Source: Candidatus Parcubacteria bacterium (GTDB lineage Bacteria > Patescibacteriota > Patescibacteriia > CAIXNZ01). Taken from it: a stretch of DNA of 64,000 bases. The position numbers and the translations under genes were made by a program. Of this stretch, positions 29,877-37,746 are shown one piece after another. The notes under the pieces are model-generated. The model was not told the origin of the DNA. It saw only the letters and a program-made list of their open reading frames with translations, and searched no databases. Location of the stretch: NCBI GenBank assembly GCA_026395685.1, contig JAPLYG010000008.1, forward strand, positions 15,225-79,224, read 5' to 3'. Positions within the stretch are counted from its first letter, which is position 1. Each line of letters opens with the position of its first letter.

Positions 29877-30590
29877 ATGAAGAAATTTTTCTACGGCATC
29901 GTAATTCTGATGATCATCGGCTTCGTGTTCCCGGCTCTGGCTGACAGCAATGTCCCGAGCAGGGAATCCAACACGCCGATGGCCTTCCCCACGAAACCGA
30001 CCGTCACCTGGGGAGCGAACAACTACCTGAACGTGGCTCTCCCCGAAAACCCGAGCGTTCCCCTGGTGTTCGGCTACAACGGGAATGGATTTCCCGGCGG
30101 CACCAACTGGCAGATCACGGAAAAGCAAAACTCGCCGAGCGAGCCCCTGCTTTTCACCGTGGAAGTCCAGCTTCCGGGCAGCGCCTACACCGGCCTGACC
30201 CCGAGCATGCTGATCAACACCAGCAAAGCGAACGAGGGCGAAAGATCCGGAATCAACCCCTGGTCTTCCGCCGCCGGCCTGCCTGACAAAGCGCAGTGCC
30301 GGGTCAAAGACGGTCGCTTCCAGTGTCGCTCCGGCTGGGCTGGACAATGGGAAGACGTCAAGATGCCCAATGCCAATTCCGAGGACATCGTCATCTACGA
30401 GCGCGACGTCCCCGACCCCGAGCATCCCAGCCGGGTCGGTGGCAAACTCTGGGTGATCTACAACACCAAGACTGGTGAGACCATCGTGATTTATCCCAAC
30501 ATCACGGGCCTCTACCGTACCATCCGATACGGATTTGCCGCAACCGGCGGAACCATTCTGCTGTGCTTCGTGGCTTTCTTTGTCATTTGA
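29877..30590 (+). CDS. Secreted protein with C-terminal membrane anchor
   Basis: SD AAGGAG; signal peptide MKKFFYGIVILMIIGFVFPALA; C-terminal hydrophobic segment. Confidence 0.75.
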   Translation: MKKFFYGIVILMIIGFVFPALADSNVPSRESNTPMAFPTKPTVTWGANNYLNVALPENPSVPLVFGYNGNGFPGGTNWQITEKQNSPSEPLLFTVEVQLPGSAYTGLTPSMLINTSKANEGERSGINPWSSAAGLPDKAQCRVKDGRFQCRSGWAGQWEDVKMPNANSEDIVIYERDVPDPEHPSRVGGKLWVIYNTKTGETIVIYPNITGLYRTIRYGFAATGGTILLCFVAFFVI

Positions 30591-30605
30591 ACACAAATGA
30601 ATACA

Positions 30606-30640
30606 AGCCGAGTATGCCTTTAAGGCAGCTCGGCTTTTTT
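30606..30640 (+). terminator. Bulged two-stem terminator
   Basis: AGCCGAG-TA-TGCCTTTAAGGCA-G-CTCGGCT-TTTTT. Confidence 0.75.
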
Positions 30641-30651
30641 ATTTCAATTTA

Positions 30652-30680
30652 TTGACAAAAGTTATAGAATCTGCTAATAT
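30652..30680 (+). promoter_or_regulatory. Sigma70 promoter
   Basis: TTGACA-17-(TG)TAATAT. Confidence 0.7.
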
Positions 30681-30768
30681 CTTATATTAAACTATAAATT
30701 ATAGTTACTACGTACATTTATAAAATTTTAACCCTAAACACTTCCCTACGGGGAGCAAAGGAGTCAAG

Positions 30769-31467
30769 ATGAAGAAATTCTTTGTGATCATGTTTTTGCT
30801 GGTAGTAGGCTTTACGGTCTTGGCTCAGGCCGAGCCGGCACAGCCTCCGCCTGCGAGCAACCAGCCGGGCGTACTGCCCAATGTTAATGTCATTGTCCCT
30901 CCCTACTTATGGATTGATAACTTTGTAACCGGGGAAAATGGCATTCTGGAACACCATGTTGCCAACCTGAGACTTATTCAGGAATGGCTGCGTGATAATC
31001 CCTCCGACATTGCTGCTTTGATCGGCATGGTCTCTGACCTGAAAATCAGAGGCTATTGCTACTACAATTATTCAACAGGCTTTTATAGTCTGAAGTACAA
31101 TCAAGCCGGCAGTACTGTCAATCAGGGAGATCGAGTCTGCCAGGAAGCCCTGTCGCTCAGCCGGGCAATTTCCATCCGCAACTGGTTGCTTACGCCGCAA
31201 AACTGGCTAAAAGACAAACAGGGCAATCCCATTAAAATTGATGAGTTCCGTATCAGAATCCTGGATGTGAAAGCTCTGGGATTACGCGGGGGCGGCAACT
31301 TTCCCAACCAGTCAGTCGCTGTCTGGATGCTGTCTTTTAATCAGGCAAAGCAAGGTCCTGGCATTCTGACGCTGACGCAGGGCCCTCCTGCGCCCGTGCC
31401 AACGCCCGAGATAGCTCCTCGCAGGCGACCCAAGACAACGATCTATACTCAGAAAATTGACCCTTGA
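30769..31467 (+). CDS. Secreted protein with divergent OmpA/MotB C-terminal-like domain
   Basis: SD AAGGAG; signal peptide ending AQA; LRLIQEWLRDNP..AALIG, ALSLSRAISIRNWL, IDEFRI, NQSVAV; ends TTIYTQKIDP. Confidence 0.65.
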   Translation: MKKFFVIMFLLVVGFTVLAQAEPAQPPPASNQPGVLPNVNVIVPPYLWIDNFVTGENGILEHHVANLRLIQEWLRDNPSDIAALIGMVSDLKIRGYCYYNYSTGFYSLKYNQAGSTVNQGDRVCQEALSLSRAISIRNWLLTPQNWLKDKQGNPIKIDEFRIRILDVKALGLRGGGNFPNQSVAVWMLSFNQAKQGPGILTLTQGPPAPVPTPEIAPRRRPKTTIYTQKIDP

Positions 31468-31476
31468 TTTAAAATC

Positions 31477-31510
31477 AACCGGGCAGTGAGTTTTCACTCG
31501 CCCGGTTTTT
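31477..31510 (+). terminator. Two-stem terminator
   Basis: AACCGGGC-AGTGAG-TT-TTCACT-C-GCCCGGTTTTT. Confidence 0.75.
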
Positions 31511-31623
31511 CTTTTCTAAATATTTGCTAAAATATTATTCGCACGGTATATTGCAACTATATGATAGGTAAGTATGCTTTTTACATTCTAATTTTGGCTA
31601 ACTTAGGATAATCCCTTAAAATA

Positions 31624-31729
31624 TTGACTTTTTATAAAGCAAATGATAAACTCCCATATCAAGTAAGAATAAGCTTTTTAAAAGAATTCATTTGTCTAAA
31701 TTGATTCTTTCAAGCAGCTTAAAAGCTGT
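31624..31729 (+). promoter_or_regulatory. Sigma70 promoter plus conserved leader hairpin (copy 2)
   Basis: TTGACT-17-(TG)TAAACT; TAAGCT(31670)...AGCTTA(31721), then AAGCTG. Confidence 0.65.
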
Positions 31730-31836
31730 TGAGAATAATAGGTTGAGTTTTTTCCATAAACCAAAAGTGTTTTGTTATTTCACAAAAATTCTCCCTCACG
31801 GGAGACTAGATTTCCCTGAAGGGAAAGGAGGATCAA

Positions 31837-33183
31837 GTGATGATCAGAAATAAGATGACCTTGCTCTTGCTTTGGATCAGTTTTTTTGCCATTGGCGCCT
31901 CCGGGCAGTTCAACTGCATTGACGGTGATGTGCACGAAGGTGATAAAAACTACTATGGCGATCGTGATCCTGACGGCGACGGTTATAATAACCGAGTTGA
32001 TTGCAGTGATCAGGATCCCAATCGTTGGGTATTCATCATTGCATATCCTGACCATGATGGTGACGCTATGCCTGAACAAGGCCCGACCATTAATATCTGC
32101 TCCGGCACTACAACTCATGCCCCTGCGGGCTGGACTTTCAATGACTCACCAATGGATCCCTGCCCCAATGATCCCGAGAACATCTGCGGGGTAACAGTTC
32201 CATTTTGCCAGCTCGCTGGCGTTGCCAATGGCCATACGACTACCCTAACTGCCACAGCTACTTACACCAATGGCTCCTTTGACCGAGTGATTTTCTACGC
32301 AGGAAATATGGTGGTCAAAACTGATACCACTCCAGCTGACGGCTGGACTGCTATCCTAACCAATGTCCCCAACGGTGTTTACACCTACCATGCCATTGCC
32401 TTTGCCACTGACGGCAATTCTGCCTTGTCTAACTTTGTTACCATTACCATCAATGACACTGGCGCTTGTATGCCGACACTGACCATCACATGGGCTTATG
32501 CCATTGCTCCTGAGAAAACCTACTATGGTGGCTGGTTTGGTTCTTGCTTTACCAGCATTTTCGGACAAGATCCCTGGTGGCAGTTTGGACCGTTTAGCAG
32601 CTGCCATGAATGCAGCCAATCCGGCGTAGTTTTTCCCGGTAGTTTGAATTTGGGCTTTTGCGAATTCAGTGGCACTGTGCCCAGAAGCCTGAACGAAAAT
32701 CCAACAGCGCCCTTTACCACCGATCGCGGTGATATTGTGGACTATTTCATTACCGGCTATCCTGACGGACACATTTATAATGGCTTGGCTCCTGGATCGC
32801 CGGCAGCTTACTTCGACAACTGTGCCAGTATTATTCAGCTCTCAGTAGCTCAGATAAATCATCCGTGGGGTGCCAACTATTTCATTGCCTTTACTGCCCC
32901 GCTGGCAGGTAATACGGCTAATATCTTCGTTACCTCGCCGATTGACTCTGATAGTGACGGCTGGATGAATGCTTGTCCTCCCAACACAACTTGTCAGGCG
33001 GATAACTGTATCCGTTTTGAAAATCAGACCCAGCTGGATTCAAACAGCGATGGAGTCGGTGATGCCTGTACTGCCAATCCTGACCCGAATTTTTGGGATC
33101 AAGATAATGACTGGTACTTGGACGGACCCAATGTTGCGGAATCTGATCGGGATCATTACCCGACTGATAGAACCCGGCATTAA
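31837..33183 (+). CDS. Secreted Cys-rich surface protein with thrombospondin type-3 (DxDxDG) repeats and a bacterial Ig-like domain
   Basis: SD AGGAGG; signal peptide; DPDGDG, DHDGD, DSDSDG, DNC...QLDSNSDGVGDAC; Ig-like RVIFY...GVYTYHAIAF. Confidence 0.8.
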   Translation: MMIRNKMTLLLLWISFFAIGASGQFNCIDGDVHEGDKNYYGDRDPDGDGYNNRVDCSDQDPNRWVFIIAYPDHDGDAMPEQGPTINICSGTTTHAPAGWTFNDSPMDPCPNDPENICGVTVPFCQLAGVANGHTTTLTATATYTNGSFDRVIFYAGNMVVKTDTTPADGWTAILTNVPNGVYTYHAIAFATDGNSALSNFVTITINDTGACMPTLTITWAYAIAPEKTYYGGWFGSCFTSIFGQDPWWQFGPFSSCHECSQSGVVFPGSLNLGFCEFSGTVPRSLNENPTAPFTTDRGDIVDYFITGYPDGHIYNGLAPGSPAAYFDNCASIIQLSVAQINHPWGANYFIAFTAPLAGNTANIFVTSPIDSDSDGWMNACPPNTTCQADNCIRFENQTQLDSNSDGVGDACTANPDPNFWDQDNDWYLDGPNVAESDRDHYPTDRTRH

Positions 33184-33195
33184 ATTTTAACTATT

Positions 33196-33237
33196 ACGGG
33201 CTGCGACTTAGACACATCTAAGCCAGCCCGTTTTTTT
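33196..33237 (+). terminator. Conserved bulged 3' hairpin/terminator (copy 1)
   Basis: ACGGGCTG-CGA-CTTAGA-CACA-TCTAAG-C-CAGCCCGT-TTTTTT. Confidence 0.8.
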
Positions 33238-33385
33238 ATTGAAAAAAGATCTCCAAAAATTACATTTCTTACCCTTTTATCCCTGTCTGCGAAATTACCC
33301 ATAAATACGCCTAAAACCACATTTTTAAAATTGCTTATTTTAGCTAATTTTACCCTAATTCTAGCCAAAATAAAACATCAACCTC

Positions 33386-33507
33386 TTGACATTTGCAAAA
33401 AAATATGCTAATATACCCTATTAAACTAATCTTAGATAAAAGCCGAATTTAAGCTATTAAAAAGAGTTATATAATAATTAATTCTTTTTAGCAGCTTAAT
33501 AAGCTGT
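33386..33507 (+). promoter_or_regulatory. Sigma70 promoter plus conserved leader hairpin (copy 3)
   Basis: TTGACA-17-(TG)TAATAT-ACCCTATTAAA; TAAGCT(33450)...AGCTTA(33498), then AAGCTG. Confidence 0.7.
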
Positions 33508-33660
33508 TTTGGATATTTAGAGAAATAAAAGCATGGACTTTAACTCCTGCTTATTGACATAGATGGTTAAGCATTTTTGGATAAAGGAATTTGTTTTTTG
33601 ACAACACCCTACTCTCCCCCAAAGGAGACGATTTTCCCCGCGGGGGAAAAGGAGAATACC

Positions 33661-35001
33661 ATGAACGCGAAAAGACTTATTACGGTTCTTCTGGTTCTCG
33701 GCTGTTTGACTTCGACCATGGGTGCGACCTGCATCGACGGCGACCTCAACGAGGGCGACAAAACCGTCATCAACAAAAACGACCACGACAACATCGACAC
33801 TGACGGCGACGGCGTGCTCGACATCAACGACTGCGCCCCGCTCGACCCGAGCAAGTGGGCCGAGAAAGATGCCCGCCCCGACACTGACGGCGATAACCTG
33901 CCCGAAAATGGACCGGCAATGCAGGTCTGCAGTGGGAACACCACCCCTGCGCCTATTGGCTGGACCTGGGTGGCTTCGCCGCTCGATCCCTGCCCCAATG
34001 ACCCGCAGAACATCTGCGGTACGGTCAATCCGACCTGCCAGATCACAGCGGTGGCCAGCGGCCACACTGTGTCCCTCACGGCGACTGTCGCTTACACGAG
34101 CGGCACTATCGCCCGAGTGGAATTCTATAAGGGTATCACGCTGATCGGGACGGACAACACAGCCAGCAATGGCTGGAATCTGACCTGGACCAACGTGCCG
34201 AATGGGACCTACACGCTTCAGGCCATTGCGTTTGCCTCTGACGGCAAGACCGCAACCTCTAACGAGGTCACGGTTACCGTCAATGTCGGCGCTCCGACAT
34301 GCGTGCCCACGCTGGCAATTAGCTGGGGCTATAACATTCCCCAGAACACGACCTACTACAACTCGTGGTATGGATCCTGTTTCACCACCTTCGACGGCCA
34401 GGACCCCTGGTGGCAGTATGCGCCCTATGGCTACTGCCGCGAGTGCGCTCAGGCTGACGAAGTGTTTGCCGGAAGCTTCAACGAGGGTTTCTGTGATTTC
34501 AACAACACGGTTCCCAAAGTGCTTAACGGCAACCCGCTCGCTCCGTTCACCACGGATCGTGGCGACATCGTTGACTATGCCCTTGTCGGTTACACTGACG
34601 GGCATATGTACAACGGTCTGGCCCGCATGCCGACTGCGACCTTCAACAACTGCATTACTACGGTCAGTCTGCCTGTGGTCCCCGTGAACCAGGCCTGGGG
34701 TGCGAACTTCAGGGTGTATTTTACGGATGCGGTCGATCCGATTGATGGGGACACCATCAACGTGATCGTCAGCACGCCGATCGATTCCGACAACGACGGT
34801 TTCCCGAATGCCTGCCAGCCCGGCACCACGTGTCAGGCCGACAACTGCATTCGCTTCGAGAATCCCGAGCAGACCGACACCGACCATAACGGCGTCGGCG
34901 ATGCCTGCACGAACCATGCCAATCCGGACGAGAACGATCCGGACAATGACTGGTTCATGAATTTCGAAGACGCATTTCCGTATGATCGGACGCGTCATTA
35001 G
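33661..35001 (+). CDS. Paralog of 31837-33183: secreted or lipoprotein TSP3-repeat, Ig-like protein
   Basis: Start revised to ATG 33661 (SD AAGGAG); MNAKRLITVLLVLGCLTSTMGATC; shares DPCPNDPxNICG, GQDPWWQ, APFTTDRGDIVDY, DRTRH*. Confidence 0.82.
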   Translation: MNAKRLITVLLVLGCLTSTMGATCIDGDLNEGDKTVINKNDHDNIDTDGDGVLDINDCAPLDPSKWAEKDARPDTDGDNLPENGPAMQVCSGNTTPAPIGWTWVASPLDPCPNDPQNICGTVNPTCQITAVASGHTVSLTATVAYTSGTIARVEFYKGITLIGTDNTASNGWNLTWTNVPNGTYTLQAIAFASDGKTATSNEVTVTVNVGAPTCVPTLAISWGYNIPQNTTYYNSWYGSCFTTFDGQDPWWQYAPYGYCRECAQADEVFAGSFNEGFCDFNNTVPKVLNGNPLAPFTTDRGDIVDYALVGYTDGHMYNGLARMPTATFNNCITTVSLPVVPVNQAWGANFRVYFTDAVDPIDGDTINVIVSTPIDSDNDGFPNACQPGTTCQADNCIRFENPEQTDTDHNGVGDACTNHANPDENDPDNDWFMNFEDAFPYDRTRH

Positions 35002-35014
35002 AACTTGACTACAA

Positions 35015-35055
35015 ACGGGTTGCGACTTAGACAAATCTAAGCCAGCCCGTTTTTT
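35015..35055 (+). terminator. Conserved bulged 3' hairpin/terminator (copy 2)
   Basis: 34 of 36 nt identical to 33196-33231. Confidence 0.8.
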
Positions 35056-35311
35056 ATTTATACGAATATTATTTTATATACAACGAATGGCAGATTAATC
35101 ATCTTAATTAACCTTGCGCAGAGTATCCTTATAAAATGTAATAGGTGAAGCTTTATTATGCGAATATTATTTTTATACTGCGAATAACTGATTTTGAAAT
35201 ACTCTTCCAATTACCAATGCCTAATGCCCAATACCAAATTACAGTCTATTTACAGCCAGAGTATAATTAAGTAGAATTAATATATTGTATATACTGGTAA
35301 CCAATCAAACC

Positions 35312-35340
35312 TTGACAAAACGCTAAAATTATAGTAAAAT
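35312..35340 (+). promoter_or_regulatory. rnpB promoter
   Basis: TTGACA-17-TAAAAT just upstream of RNase P RNA. Confidence 0.7.
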
Positions 35341-35368
35341 ATCCATATAACTGAACACTATTGTTCAG

Positions 35369-35971
35369 TAGCTAAATATCCAAACAAGCAGATGATCACC
35401 CCTCCGAAGCTTTAGCAAAGGAGGGGAGGAAAGTCCGGACTTTATGCCCTGCTCCGCACCGGAGATTCTAAATCCAAAAATCCTAAATCTTAAACATTTT
35501 TTAATTTTGTTATTTGAACATTTGAATTTGTTTGAAATTTGGTGCTTGAGATTTGGTGCTTCCGTTGCGGAGCAACGGTAAGGGTAACGGGTAACGCCCG
35601 CCCGTTTAATAGCAATATTAAATGAGGACCAGTGCCACAGAGACAATTCTAGCGAGTCCCGCTTTGCGGGGCGGGGTTGACTCGGCGGCTTATAAGCCGC
35701 CTCGCCAAAGGTGAAAAGTATCTCGATGTTTTTTGTTCTCGAGACAAAAGGCTACGAGAATCGGCCTCTGGCAACAGAGTGTCCGCGGTAAACTCTACCT
35801 AAAGCAAGGACAAACCCACCCCAGCGCAAGCAACGGTGGTGACAAGTAGTCCGCTAGAGCTCGGCAGCAATGCCCAGCCCAGATAGATGATCATCCTTCG
35901 ACAACCTCAGGATAATCTCCTGATAAGTCGAGGACAAAATCCGGCTTATAGTTTGTTTGGATATTCAGCTA
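35369..35971 (+). ncRNA. rnpB: Bacterial RNase P RNA, unusually long (about 600 nt)
   Basis: GAGGAAAGTCCGG (35426), AGTGCCACAG (35631), GGTGAAA (35710), GGTAAACTCTACCTAAAGCAAG (35787), AGATAGATGATC (35881), ACAAAATCCGGCTTA (35934); P1 pairs 35369-35389 with 35951-35971. Confidence 0.93.
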
Positions 35972-35999
35972 TAATTTTAAATTTATAAAATATTCTATT

Positions 36000-37454
36000 A
36001 TGTCTAATATGTCCGCCAGAGGCGGAAAAAAGACAGCGCTGATTTTTACTATAATTTTATTGCCTCTTGATTTCCTGATGCTGATTTTTGCATCGTTAAC
36101 AGCCTACTCTTTACGTGTCGGCTCTTTTGTTACTGAAATTAGGCCGGTTATCTACACTTTGCAATTTTCCGAGTATCTATTTTACAGCATTCTGGTTTCT
36201 TTAATCTGGCTTTTTATCTTTGCCTTTGCCGGATTATATAAAATCGAAAGGCGCAAATTTAATGATGAATTTGTTAAAATTATCCTGGCTTGTTCCACCG
36301 GCATTTTGGCAATTATCGTGGCTATTTTTTTAAAAAGAGAATTATTTTCTTCCCGCTTTATTATCCTGGCTGCCTGGGGCTTGAGTATTTTATATGTAAC
36401 TCTGGGCCGTTTAATTATTTCTCAAATTCAAAAATCACTTTTGAAAAAAGGAATTGGCGCAAGAAAAATCGTAATCATAGGCAATGACAAAAACACCAAG
36501 ATTATTGGCGAAGAGATTAAAAATCACGCTAAATTAGGCTACCAAATAATTAAAACTTTTCCCAGCTATAATGAAACTATTAAAACTGAGTTGTTGAAAC
36601 TGATTAGCCAGGGACAATTAGATGAGATTGTCCAGGCTGATCCAAACTTGGACCGCCAGGCTACTTCTGATCTAATTGATTTTACTGAAGCCCACCACAT
36701 TACTTTCAAATTTACTGCCGATATTTATCGCACCAAAACTTCGCGCCTGGAAATCGACACTCTGGCAGGCTTGCCCATTTTTGAAATTGCAAAAACCAAG
36801 CTTGAAGGCTGGGGCCGAATTTATAAGCGAATTTTTGATATTATAACCGCCCTTATTTTGATTATTATATTTTCACCTATATTAATTATTACCGCTATTG
36901 CCGTAAAATTAAATTCCCGCGGACCAATTATTTATAAAAATATCCGCGTCGGCCAGGACGGCAAGGAATTCAATCTTTTCAAATTCAGATCAATGTATTA
37001 TGAGTTTAGTACTGGTGTCGGTAATCCGGAACAGCAACAAAAAGCCTTGGCTATGGAAAAAGAACTGATTGCCAAACAAAATGTACGCGAAGGCGCCTTA
37101 TATAAAATTAAAAATGATCCCAGAATAACAAAAGTCGGAAAATTTACCAGAAAATGGAGCATTGATGAGCTGCCGCAATTTTTTAATGTTTTATTTGGAC
37201 AAATTAGCTTAGTCGGGCCGAGGCCTCATCAACCCCGCGAAGTTGCCAAATATACGCAATCTCAATTACGAACTCTAGACATCAAGCCCGGGGTAACTGG
37301 TCTGGCGCAAATTTCAGGACGATCTGATTTGGATTTTGACGAAGAAGCTAAGCTGGATATTTACTATATAGAAAACTGGTCGCTTTGGCTCGACATAATT
37401 ATTTTGCTCAGAACTCCAAAAGTCGTGCTTTCCCCAAAGCGCGAAGCGCTTTAA
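36000..37454 (+). CDS. Undecaprenyl-phosphate sugar-1-phosphate transferase (WcaJ/WbaP family); start may be 36009
   Basis: Four N-terminal TMs; KRIFDII, FKFRSM, DPRITKVGKFTRKWSIDELPQ, VGPRP, KPGVTGLAQ, DIYYIENWS. Confidence 0.93.
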   Translation: MSNMSARGGKKTALIFTIILLPLDFLMLIFASLTAYSLRVGSFVTEIRPVIYTLQFSEYLFYSILVSLIWLFIFAFAGLYKIERRKFNDEFVKIILACSTGILAIIVAIFLKRELFSSRFIILAAWGLSILYVTLGRLIISQIQKSLLKKGIGARKIVIIGNDKNTKIIGEEIKNHAKLGYQIIKTFPSYNETIKTELLKLISQGQLDEIVQADPNLDRQATSDLIDFTEAHHITFKFTADIYRTKTSRLEIDTLAGLPIFEIAKTKLEGWGRIYKRIFDIITALILIIIFSPILIITAIAVKLNSRGPIIYKNIRVGQDGKEFNLFKFRSMYYEFSTGVGNPEQQQKALAMEKELIAKQNVREGALYKIKNDPRITKVGKFTRKWSIDELPQFFNVLFGQISLVGPRPHQPREVAKYTQSQLRTLDIKPGVTGLAQISGRSDLDFDEEAKLDIYYIENWSLWLDIIILLRTPKVVLSPKREAL

Positions 37455-37701
37455 TTTCAGTCCTTCATTTTTCAATTTCGACATTCGCCTGCCTACCGAA
37501 GCCTAATGAACGAAGACAGGTTACGTTCAACGTTTGACCTGCCTGCCGTCAGGCAGGCGAAAAACATTACGCCAAATAAAACCTGTAAACGAATAACCAA
37601 TTTAACAGCCAACAGCTGTTTTTTTGATTGTCCAAAAAACTTGATATTTATGCTAAAATAGTTTAAAATATGGTTATTATAGTATTAAATACCTTGGCCT
37701 T

Positions 37702-37730
37702 TCCCGCGTAGCGGGATGCCGCTTCGCGGC
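37702..37730. repeat. REP-like double hairpin TCCCGCGTAGCGGGA-GCCGCTTCGCGGC
   Basis: Near-identical copy at about 55274-55302. Confidence 0.7.
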
Positions 37731-37746
37731 TCAGACTTCAATTCCT

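Noticed and set aside
33577-33660. Longer N-termini in the ORF track (also 49378-49464 and 15978-16034)
   Set aside because: Downstream ATGs have well-spaced SDs; the extensions overlap promoter or leader sequence.
31837-35001. Diversity-generating retroelement template/variable pair
   Set aside because: Differences are mostly synonymous and not adenine-specific; no reverse transcriptase in the window.
33517-35034. 505-aa minus-strand ORF, and similar ones at 28305-29132, 29056-29823 and 29844-30596
   Set aside because: Antisense shadows of GC-rich genes; no SD or motifs, and the paralogous gene does not keep an equivalent long ORF.
28150-35055. Integron cassette array or prophage interpretation
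   Set aside because: No integrase or phage structural genes; hairpins lack attC RYYYAAC/GTTRRRY ends; units carry their own promoters.
35059-35186. Imperfect 30-bp direct repeat TATxCGAATATTATTTT...CGAAT
   Set aside because: Only two AT-rich copies with no interpretable context.
35365-35646. 93-aa minus-strand ORF
   Set aside because: Antisense to RNase P RNA and made of repeat-derived sequence.
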